64,000 nucleotides of DNA from Adineta vaga (taxonomy: Eukaryota > Animalia > Rotifera), in the NCBI GenBank assembly GCA_021613535.1, contig CP075495.1:4278001-4342000 (forward strand), written 5' to 3'. Each line of letters begins with the position of its first letter. The stretch's first letter is position 1. The notes under the pieces were generated by a model, which did not search any database, had not been told where the DNA came from, and worked only from the letters and a program-made list of their open reading frames with translations. Of the stretch, positions 30,813 through 42,516 are shown piece after piece. The translations under genes were made by a program, and so were the position numbers.

Positions 30813-31377
30813 CGTATTTATTCTTATGTAGAGATAGAAATGATTTGAGCTGCTGTTTAATTCGCTTTTCGATTGTAAAATGATTGCTCAGAAAGCAGCT
30901 GTTTGTATACATTTTCATTTTTACCCAGTTTGTGTAAAAAGTTTGTGATGCGAGTGACTAACGGATGAAAATTGTTGTTCTATGAGTCAAGAAGAAAAAA
31001 ACTATTGGTGATAAGAAGAAAGTAATCACAAAGCAAGTACATACGAATAGATGACGACAGTTTGTCGAGAGAAGAAAGAGTATTTTTTCTATTGATAAAC
31101 TATAACTATACATGGAGACGTTGTTCTCTTCTTCAAATAACTTTCTTCTCAACATGGGAAAAATTGTTGATGTACTGAAAGACTCTGTAAATAGACTTGT
31201 CCTTTTATTTTCATGAATAAATAAAAAGAAAAAGAAAAACTAATTCAAATGAAAACTGTATGCGGATGAGGGCCTTAGCAAGAATGAATTAGTTTGACTT
31301 CATTCATAGCTGATCCTTTGAATCATAGCCTCTTGATTATTATTTAAAAAAGAAAACTAAGTAACAATCATGAAAAT

Positions 31378-33016
31378 TTAGTTGTCTGAAACAACATGTG
31401 TTCGGCAGGAAACACCGGTTGTAGACCATCGATCATTTTGTTTAATCATTAATTCACAAGCAATTTGATATTGATCGGTGTGATATTCACGATCGAATTG
31501 TTTTGCTTTTTTCATTTTGGATAGCTTGTGTTCATTTGGAATTGTGTCTGAAAAAGAATACGTATCATTGTTAATATATAGCAATAGAAATAATTGAAAA
31601 ACATACATTGATAAGCATGATCAACGCCAATTAGAGTATCATACGGTGTTAGTTCATAGACGTAATTATTGAGCAATGCTTTAATAATAGATAAATGTCG
31701 AAATCTAAATTCATTAGAATAGATAATTTATAGTTTATATCTTTTTTCTCCTACATTTTTCTTCGATTACGAATATCTTCTTCTGTCAATGGGATACGGA
31801 AAGAATGTAGTCCATTTTGTACAGCATCTTGTCCATTGTAAGATATTTCGTGTTGATGAACATAGACTTTGTGTTGAGGATTGGAATGTGTCGTTAATAT
31901 TGTACATTCAATCCAAAATGATTGATTCGATTTTGTCAAACAGTCTGTTAAAACCGGTAACTGAAACGAAAAAGAAGAAAATAGTTGGAAATAAAAGTAA
32001 TTTCGATAAATACTAACCTCAATTGTCATCGGACGTTTTCGCGATTCTTCTAAATAACGAATTCCATCAGAACGATAACGAAAGCGATGACTAGCTTTCG
32101 GCTGTCGATGCATTCGCATAATTGGATCACCATTACGATGCATTGCTTCGATGATCGCTGCAAGATCAACAGTTTCAGAAAACTGATTCACCGAACTTTG
32201 TAACTACAACAGAAAATTTATCCATCGTTTCTATTCCGAAATAGAAAAAGATCGCAGTCATTTAGTTTACATAATTAGCAATTGTTGTAATCGCTTGTAG
32301 ATGATCATTGTCTGTAGTTGCATTGTCAATTGCTTGTATGTCTATAAAAAAAAATTCTATTCTATTCAATCCGACGTGATCACAAACCTGTTGTTGATTG
32401 TAGAAAATCTTCTTCTAGATTTGTCGATGATGCTGGTAATTCTAAAATGATTCGTACGTGCAGTGAAAGAAAAGCATCGTGACTATCTCATCAGCCATGA
32501 ATATTTCCACTGACAATAGCATAAAGAAGGGGCAACTGATTTTAATTTTTCGAACAAAAAAAGAAAAAAATTGATTCGCCATTCAAGTACGTACCTAGTT
32601 CTTTAGCCATTGAGAATAAGTCCGATAAAACAGATGTATCTACACAAATTGATTATTAAATTGAAATTTAATTTCGAAAAATATCTACCATCTAGTTTTT
32701 GATAGTCGATCGTGGGTATTGATGGACTCGGCGAATTTTTCGTTGGTAATGTTGCAGGATTTGACATTCCAAGTTCTATGAAGATTCTATTACTTAATTT
32801 AGAATAGATTGCAATACTGATATTTACCTGTACTAAATAGTAATTGATCAATAGCACCATGAGAAGTATCGAATAAAAACAGATCTTTATCCTCAAGCAC
32901 CATATTTGAATTGTTTGATAGTTCATATTCCCAAGCTAAACACAAAAACAAGATAAATCACATAGAAAACAATTGGATAAATAGAGAAGCTCACGTTCAA
33001 ACTGTTCCAAATCCAT
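31378..33016 (-). CDS. R5: divergent RHD protein, subfamily B
   Basis: PIMRMHRQPKASHRFRYRSDGIRYLEESRKRPMTIE (RFRY as in NF-kB); VYVHQHEI; FRHLSIIK; YHTDQYQIACEL. Confidence 0.78.
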
Positions 33017-33459
33017 ATTAGTTGTGTTTATATGTAATAATTATAATCTAAAACAGAATCGAAATGTTTTTCATGAATTATGTATAATATACGATGGATC
33101 AAGATGAAAATATTCTTATGAGTGTCAGTTGAGTAACATTAAGAATCTTAGAATAAAATTCACAGTAACTGCATTCCTACTTATCAAGCTCAGGTAGGAA
33201 GTAAAGAATGTAAAAGAATGAAATCCAGTTAAAAACATCGTTTGTAGATAGATGTCTCCTTTTCCATACAAAAATTCTTATTTTATCGATGACAAACTCA
33301 TCAGATCCATCTAATTTGTATAGCGCTTTAGAAATAATCGAATAGATTAACATTTGAAGAATGGTTAAAATCATGGTTATTATTAAGAGAAAAAAAATCT
33401 GCTTCGCTTGAAGTGAAGAACAAACGAGACGTGAATAAGTTTTATTTATCGAAATTTCA

Positions 33460-35129
33460 TTATTTTGATTGAGTTCGAATTATCTAGAAAACAAAATGTT
33501 TTGAAGAAAATATATTATGTTAAACGAAAGAAATAAAAGAACCTGCTTACCGGAAGGCTCGTTGATAATGAGGAGGATTTTTTGATTTTCTTAGTTGATT
33601 TTTGACGTGGTCTTTCATATTCTTCATCAGTATCATCAAAATTATCTGTTGTGACTGATCGTTTCAATGATGTCTTTGGACTGGTTTGATTTTCTTCTAA
33701 AATAAAAAAAATATCAAATCAATTTTATAACAAAAAGTAACTTATGGTTTGAGCTACTAACTTTCATCCATAAGATTTGTTTCACAGGCTATATTGGTAG
33801 GATACCAAGTGTTACCTTGCTTAATCAGTAATTGACAAGCGATTCGGCTTGATTTTAGATGATATATATCACGAAACGCTTTTGCTTTAGCCACTATACC
33901 TTTCGCATTTTTATTCTCATCTAATAAAACTTCAAAGTCGCAATGTATTCAATTGTTATTTAGAAGACAAATTACATACAAGCTTCAGATTGATTACTTG
34001 TTGACAATGGATCATATGGTTTTAATTCGAATTTGTATGCATCCAATTTTGATTTTATGATAGATATACGAGCCAGTCTAAAAATAATTGTGCAAGTCAA
34101 TGAATGAAAGAAAGAAACGAAGTCCTACTGCTTGTATCCTGCTTGTATATCTGCTGGCGCTAACGGAATACGTACAAATCCATGATCACATTCAGGTAAA
34201 TCATCTGCATGATATTCTAGTTTATCTATATGGATATATGCTTTGCCTGTCGGATTATTATTTGATGTTATCAAAATTAATTGCAGCCAAAATGATTGGT
34301 TCAAATTCATTTGACAGTTTCTTAAATTTGGCAACTATAAAAAATGAACTAAAATTGATTGACAATATTCTGTAAGATCATACTTTGATGGACATAGGTT
34401 TTGATCGCGATTTTTCAATGTGACGTTTACCATCACTTTGATAACGTCGACGAATGTCTGTTGGCGGTTGTATCTCCACAGACATAATTCGATCCTGAAC
34501 ACTTCTATCTAGTTTTTGTACATCAAGTTTATCCAACTCTTCTACGATCCATTCATTTGACATATCGCATGACTTCAAAGAGAAATTCCCACTAAGTTTC
34601 ATCAAAAAAAAAATATCAAGTGAAGTACGAACTGGATTTTCAAAAGCGAATTTATCATCATCCAGCATTTCATTAACTTTACTTTCCACATCTAAAAACA
34701 AACATTTTACATTGTTCAGAATATTATGACATAAGAATTTCAACTGACCATATGGAATTATAATGCTTTCTTCACTACAATTGGATTCTATATAGAAGGG
34801 AGAATAAAATAAGGTACGCAAAAATCTATAATAGATATACCCTCGTTATAGAATGGTAAAGATGATACCACCGATCGCTCGTCACAAATATCTGTTACTT
34901 TAAAAAATATTGAATTTAATAAAAAACTATATTGATGAAAAAATGAAATTATTTACTTTTGCTGAATGAAAATCCACTCTTGAGATGTTGAGTAATACTG
35001 TGTAAGTCCTGGGCCGATTTTAAATTAATATCATTATTGTCATTATTGTTTTCTTCTAAAAAACAGGATATTATACGAAATAATAGAAATTTATAAGTCG
35101 AATTTACCATTCCATGGTTGAGAAGCCAT
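33460..35129 (-). CDS. R6: divergent RHD protein, subfamily B
   Basis: IMSVEIQPPTDIRRRYQSDGKRHIEKSRSKPMSIK; AYIHIDKL; RISIIKSK; YHLKSSRIACQL; acidic/basic tail DDTDEEYERPRQKSTKKIKK. Ends approximate. Confidence 0.75.
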
Positions 35130-36845
35130 GTATTCACAAATCTGAAATCTTTATTTTTTTGCAATTCTGAGCAAACTTGTATACGACAAAACTGAAATTG
35201 CAACAAGGAAACTTTGGTTTTTCATCTAAAAAGAAATGAAAAAATCTGATTGGCGAATAATAATCTCATATTCTTGTTTGACGGGCGTTTGAAAATAGGT
35301 GTCTCAATTTCTCGAAAAATAATATTTGATCGGAAACTTGTTATCTTTTCCAACTTGATTTTGATATTATAACCAAACAATTGGATTTATCAAGATGAAC
35401 GAGAAAGGAAATTGTGAGTTTTTCCAGTTGGAAAATTCCAGCTGGAATAAAAAAACATTTACCACATAGTACACAACAATGACTCATGTCTTTGAAACGT
35501 CATTTCTATATATATTTTTCTTTTTTTTTCCTTTTCTACTTAGTTATTGTGATTTGTAACAAATTCAATCCTGTTAATGAATAAATATGTAAGTTATAAA
35601 ACCCACTTGAAATTTCTATGAGAGATTAAGTATATCTAGAAGCGAATCGTTGACTTATGAATCTAATAATTATAATGTATTCATTCGATGAAAAGATTGA
35701 TACGAAATTTTGATCCTTTCGGCTATATCAATCTCGTACTTATATAATGGATATTAGAATATTTTGTTTAAAATAAATTCATGACAAACGCAGAGAAAAA
35801 TGTTATAGACAGAATGCATCGATCTCGTGATTTCTTCTAAAATCGATTGAATTTATTGATACTTTCATCAATAATTTGGTTCTTCATTCTCATTCAGAAC
35901 CGACCTTGAAATTTGCAGAATAAATTTCAAAACCATGAATACTGAGAAAGTAACCACATGGGAAAATAATTTTTTCAAATAAAATTCATTTTTGTCCATA
36001 GAAAATACCAACACGTCCTTTCGAAACTTTCTGAAAATATTCAAAGTAATTTCCATACTTTATTAAGGTTGAAAAATCTTTCAACACATATGTCAATTAT
36101 CGATCAACAATGTTTTCGAGAGAAAGAAAAACGGTAAAATCCATGATTATTAATGCATATAGGTTTTTTCAAAAAAGAACATATTACATTAGAAAGAAAA
36201 TTTTTTTTATAAATTATTGAATCATGCTTTCAATTGTTAAATGCGGTTTTTTGAAATCATGCTCATAATAGAAAATTTTTCTTCCATTTTACACTTGTTG
36301 TCTACTTCAGACAGATTCTATTGACATTTAGATAGGCAGAAAAACAATCAACATCATAATAACCTATGAAAAAAAACCAGACATTCCTCAAATAATGACT
36401 CAACATAAATACATCGTATTTTTTATTTTGATTTACAACTGCACTCAGTAGAGAACATTTTCGTTGTGTTGATGGTCATTGATGAATATTAGAACTGAAC
36501 GTATATCTTTACATTGATCATTTCGATTTGAATTGAGAAAAAATCAATTCTATTCATTACCGTTAGTCAGTACGAAATGAAAAAAATGATGACTTATGTC
36601 ACGTTTACTTTCTTTTTGCATATATTTACTATTCAAGGTCATCGAAGAACTAGTAAAATAATAGGCGTTCTCTATTGATCATTACGAAGAAGAAAGACAT
36701 TTGTTTATTTATTCATACGAATAAAATAGAAAGAATATTTTGTACTCAATACAAAAAGATTTGAACACATTTTTCATTCCATTAGCTCTTTATTTGATTA
36801 AAAAAATATCGATACAAATAATTTTGAGTAAAATATTCCTAGTCT

Positions 36846-38972
36846 TCACATGAATCTATTCGTTGTTATTAATATCTGCTGAGATAATAGATTAGCACAT
36901 AGTGTATTATAATGATTTTCTGCTACTTGTTTTGCTGTTTGTTTATCATTATTCAATTGTTCAATGAGAAAATGTTTTGCTTCAGTATCCAATTTTGTCA
37001 AAATATCTTCCAGTGTCTTTTTCGCTTGATCATGGGTTATTTGAGCAAGTATATGAAAAATATTATTGCCTAATGTATCAGTTTGTTTGATAAGTTCTGG
37101 TCGTTTTTGTAAGATTCTTTCGATTAATTTCGTACGATTAAATTTTGCTGCAAGTATCAATGGTGTTTCTCCCTGAAAATTCATTTGTTCAAGATAACTA
37201 TTTGTATTCTCAATAAGTTGTAAGGCAAGATCGATATTTCCTTGTCTTATAGCATTATCTAATACCAAAATTTTATCTTCAAATTGACTTGTTGATATAG
37301 TTTCAACATTTCTTTCGGTCTGATTTGATGATAAATTAAAAAAATGAATTTGATCGTCTTCATCATCTTGAAAACTAGTCAGTGATCGTTTTTTCGTAGT
37401 TGATAGTGAAAGATTTACAGATGTTAAGTCCGAATTGCAAACAAGACATGTATCTACTGAATACAAGAAGAAGAAGAAGCATAGTTTAGTATAAGATAAA
37501 TCAGTACAAACATGATAGATAAGTAAATTGAACTCGAATAAGTTCTTTATCATTTAGAGTAATAACAATTGGTATAGAGAATCTTGGATGATTTCTTGTT
37601 AATTGTACTGGACATGGTGGTGTTGAGAAGGAGATAGTTTTTTCATCAACATAATCTCGATGAATCGATGCTTTTGGATCAAATGTATGATGTTCGAAAC
37701 GAATATTCAATTCTAAAAGAAAATATAATAAAGAAAAATGTTCATATATGTAGTAGATATAGGGTTCAATCTTATTTTCTGATATAAAGAACATTATATA
37801 TTTTAAGTGCATACTCAAAAATAAGATTGCTTTTTACGATTTTAGACATCGTTATTCATACATTTACTTAATTTTACGCTCTAACATTAAATACAAAGTC
37901 CTTCTGTTATAGATACGTTTTCATACTTTCTATCTTTATGATTTGTTATGTCATATAGATAAGACAACTCAACTACCAGACGACGAGATATATGAAATAA
38001 AATATTTTTAACCTCGATAGATTTTTGTATATTTTCATCATTTCATTACAGAAATTAAAATTGAAAAATGAATTACTTTTTCGTTTATCAAGTTGTGGAA
38101 TAAACATTAATATTTCATCACCACCTTTACAATCTCCTATTTGAGGTGCATATCGAAAACATGTATCATTGTCATTTGATGGTGTTGTCGTGCCAGTTAT
38201 GACTTGTGAAGAAACTGTTGAAACATAATATGTCACTGGTAATTCAGTTTGACGTTCGATTTCAAAAGCAGCTAATGAAAAAACGAGTTGAGATTGGTAT
38301 AATTGATAATATTCAATCGTTTTTCTAGCATCTGATAAATCGATTCCAGTCGGTCGATGATATTCTTCTTTGAAATATTGAAAAGAGAAACATTTCAATA
38401 TCAAACATACGAAAGGAATATTCTGTTTTACCAGCATTGAGAATTCTCAATGGTCCATGATCTTTTAATTCACGATGAGTTAACTTTTGTAGACAAAAAT
38501 GAAAACTGAAAAAAAAAGTAATTCCTCAATTAAACTTTTATTCAATTGAAAATTCCAACCTTTTTCGACCAGTTTGAAGTTCGATATCTGATATAGGAAA
38601 ATATAATGAATTGGTAATTTTATGACGAATAACATCATCTTCTTCTGTAGCGAGTATATATGGATGTACACAAATTAAATTAACCCGTTCATTAGGTACA
38701 GTAACAAGTCCCAAACGAATATAATAACGTCGTATATTTACAAGCCATTCTTTTGGAATCTATATATAGGAATTGAAAAAAAAATAAAAGATAAATTCTT
38801 ATTTGCTTCTGCTTACCTCGACTGTTGGATACACAGTATTATGTGTATTCGTTTCTCCATGAATAAAACGTTGAGCTCGATTTTGTTGACGATTGATTTC
38901 ACGTATATATCGTTCTCGGTAGAATGCTTTCGGCTGTACCAAGATCCGAAGTCGTGGCATTGGTTCTGCCAT
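36846..38972 (-). CDS. R7: NF-kB p105/p100-like protein, subfamily C (RHD-IPT-CxxC-NLS-ankyrins, no acidic N-term)
   Basis: MAEPMPRLRILVQPKAFYRERYIRE...YPTVE; CVHPY; IPT 'RYAPQIGDCKGGDEILMF...ISFSTPPCP'; CLVC; KKR; ankyrins GETPLILAAKFN and GNNIFHILAQ. Confidence 0.85.
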
Positions 38973-40497
38973 TAATAAAAAAATAATCTCTAAATAAAAT
39001 CAAAATGGATAGGTGATAGAGGAAGTATACATATATATATATATATAATTGTTAAAAATGAATAATGCTTTTCAATTTACTTTCACCGGGGTGGGATTTT
39101 TTTCATCATAATTATACAAAAAAAGAAATGAAAGGAAAAAACATTATATACTACGTTTTTTTCCCTTCCTTTCCTTCTATGCAGAAGATAACAGTAAGAC
39201 AAAAAAGTTGTCTGATGCTTTAATCTATCAGTATACATCATAGTATATATATATATATTAACTTGATTTAAAATACTTACTGAGTTGAATTATCTTGCTC
39301 AAAAGTTTGTTATAATGTACATGTTTATTTGAAATCTTGACTTACTTTCAAAAATTTGTTTTTTTGTAAATGACATTAAAGTTAAAGATAAAACGTCTAC
39401 AAGCAGTTAGCTCTCTTTTTTATGCTTGTCAGTAAGGTAGTGTGATGAAAGACAAAATGATTTTTTATTTCAAATATTATTCATACGATATAGATATGCT
39501 GATTCAGATATGAGTTAGTCATATTCATATAAGGAATATGCCAATGAATGTTGAAGTAAAAAAATACGTATGTAAATGCTCTTATAATAAACGACACATA
39601 TGCTTGTAGCAATAAAAAAAATGTCCGAAAAGTCTTCTATTAACACTTCGATTTATAGAAAAATGGTACTAAGTTTTTTTCGACTTTACACATAATTCTC
39701 AATATTTAAAGAACTTCTTCTATAGACAACGTTTAGAAAAGTGATATCAATAATTAATCTGATAATCTATAGTTCCAGTCTAGAATTATAATAGATTTTC
39801 TACGATCTCGATCGAGCAAAGGAAATTCTCAAAAGAATATCCGATTAAAACAAGATGTTTGCTACCTACAATACTTTATAATGAAATAAAAGTAGGTATT
39901 TCGAGGGGTGGTATTACGTTCCGCGAAAATTCACAGATGCTTTCAAAGTACAAATTCATGCAAATAAATATTTTTTGTCTCTTTTCCCAATGTTATTTTA
40001 CGATGAATAAACTGATTTGTACATGCCTTACATATGCAACATTTTTTTTTCGGCGATTTTATTCAACCTCTAACTTCAAGGTCATTCTGTTGTTTTTTAT
40101 CATATTAATGTTTTAACATATGTTCAATACATTTCATATGTCTGTTGTTTGATTAAAATGATCATTTATTGCTATATCACTTCATACTCATGGGATATCA
40201 ACTTTTGTGAATTCTATTAGAATATCAGTCCTTAACGTTGAACAAAAGTGTACGGTGATTCTTTTAGAATTACATGTTTAATTCGTTATTTTACATAAAA
40301 AATAAAAACGAAAATTTTCATAAGCGAATGAGACTGTTCATAAATGTACATATTCTTTCAGTTATGTCTGTCAAATTAACTTAAATGATAACAATTCATT
40401 TTATATGAATATTTGACTAATTTATAGTTTTATGAAAAGAAAAATACGCACAACTTTTGTTTCTTCTTGTAACCATAGTGATACATGAGATTCTAAT

Positions 40498-40848
40498 ACA
40501 AATATAGTAATATGAAGCATTAGAACGAAACAAAATTTTAATTAAATATATGGGAAGATCTTTTATTAATCAGGAATTTTCGATCATTATCAGCTGTACC
40601 GCGAATATGAACATTCAAGAAAAAGAAAGATGTTACACAAGAAATTAAAACAAATATGAAATTTGATATTAATAACTTCATTTTGATCTAATTTAGTTTA
40701 GTTTCTTGTATAATATCTTTCTTCTTCCTGAATGTTCATGTTCGTGGTACAGTTGATAATGATCGAAAATTTCTGATTAATACAAGATCTTCTCATATAG
40801 TCAACTAAAATTTTATTTCGTTCTAATGCTTCATATTATTATATTTGT
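40498..40848. repeat. Long imperfect inverted repeat (fold-back), arms ~155 bp, loop ~35 bp
   Basis: 40498-~40655 (acaaatatagtaatatgaagcattagaacgaaa...cgatcattatcagctgtaccgcgaatatgaacattca...) is the reverse complement of ~40691-40848, with differences that are mostly transitions. Confidence 0.92.
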
Positions 40849-40976
40849 TTCTTCTTGTTTATGTTTAATCGAACATTTTCAAATACAATCAGTTGATGGT
40901 AATGATATTGACCTAACGATCATATTCCAAAAATAGATAGATTCTTTTCATTCATGATAAATATTTGAAAATATCT

Positions 40977-41330
40977 TTATTTGATGATAGATCTTGTTAC
41001 TGGAATAAACAATGAACGATGCTGTACTCTGGCATGGTTATTGTTAATAAAAATTGAACACGAATGAAGAAGTAAAAGTTGCTTATCACTATGTGAAAGC
41101 CTTGTAAGTGTTATACGCATCCATAATGATATGTCAGATCTAAAATGACTTCGAATATCAGACGTCAAGTTCTCATAAATGAATTCGAGATTATCAAAAC
41201 AAAATATAACTATTCACTTTGATAGTAATTGATTGTCTATTTGGTACAGTGACGTGTTTTATTCCATCCATTTTCATATCGAGCATATTGTTACAAAAAA
41301 TGAAGATATCAAAAAGACTAATGAATTAAG
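40977..41330 (-). pseudogene. Degenerate RHD pseudogene of subfamily B
   Basis: YARYE followed by a +1 frameshift, then DGIKHVTVPNRQSITIK|gt (cf. R5 RFRYRSDGIRY...PMTIE|gt), with an in-frame TAA just upstream. The next exon LWMRITLT...LLLHSCSI...HRSLFIPVT matches the equivalent R4-R6 exon and ends in a stop. Confidence 0.6.
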
Positions 41331-42516
41331 AGTTCGAATGAATTGTATTCTAGTACTGAAATTTATCATATCGTTGATATTCTACTTAGAAAATGAGATA
41401 ATATCGAACAATATTCACGGATGATTTGATAATGGATGGCATCTTTGATGTTTGCTTCTTTTATTTGTTAGTTTCATCAAATGGAAATATCATAAATCAA
41501 TTGCTGTTGCACTGCAGCAAGATCTACGAAATGTAAACGAATGCTACATAATAATGAGTTATATAAATATACATCTATTGGAATGTAGTGCCTTCATTCC
41601 GATTGTTTTTCGATAATGATGCCAAATAGTTAATAATCTTGTGTGAATCATCATCAAATATTTTATTGTAGTGAGTATTCAGTATCTAACAAAGTTTGAT
41701 TAAGATCGATCTTTTGTACTATCGAGTGTGTATAAAATTGGTTCTTCAGTCAATAGATTGAGCGAATTATTACACAATAAAATTATTAAGTAAGATTTAG
41801 ATCTTATTTATTTGCTGAAACTATTCAAAAGTAACAGATCCGTTGACGTTGCTACAAGAAATGCATTTTATCGGAATCATCAAAAATTCTAAATGGAGCT
41901 GCATAGTTATCGTTTTTAGGCTAATAATTCATGCTAAATGAAGATTTTCTTATATGAATAGCGATTTAATTGAATTATACAATTACTTATTGAGCTATTG
42001 ATGCTTTGTTGTGTACTGATTGTAAATAGTTAGACTCAAGAGGACGCTATCATTTGAATCGAGTGCATAGATACAACAGACAGAAGCAGGTGACACCACA
42101 ATTTACATGGTTTTTCTAGCTTTACTTCTTTCTCTTTTATCTATTCATTGCTTTGCTTTGTTCTCTTGTACTGTGTCATTCTCAAACCTTTGCATTACTC
42201 ACGAGTTGTAAAAGAAAAGATAAAATCTAGATTTTTGAAATAAATTCATATCATTATGAATCAAATGAATGTGTCATAGAAACTAATGTTACACACTTAA
42301 AAAAGAACGTATGAAAGTATACCTTTTGTTACACGCAATTGCCATAATATGAGTTTATTGTTTATTTCTTTATTATATATGATTATTTAAGAACAAAATA
42401 TGAGAAAAGCCATTTCATTTTCATTAAAATCAGAAGAAAGTAAGATATTTCGAATAAGATAAAATCTAACTACAAAAAAAATAGAAATTAAACAAACAGT
42501 ATGACATATCATTTTG

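Noticed and set aside
41400-42400. Possible further RHD-like fragments (e.g. YAAPFRIFD near 41890)
   Set aside because: Too short and out of the expected exon order to support without alignment.
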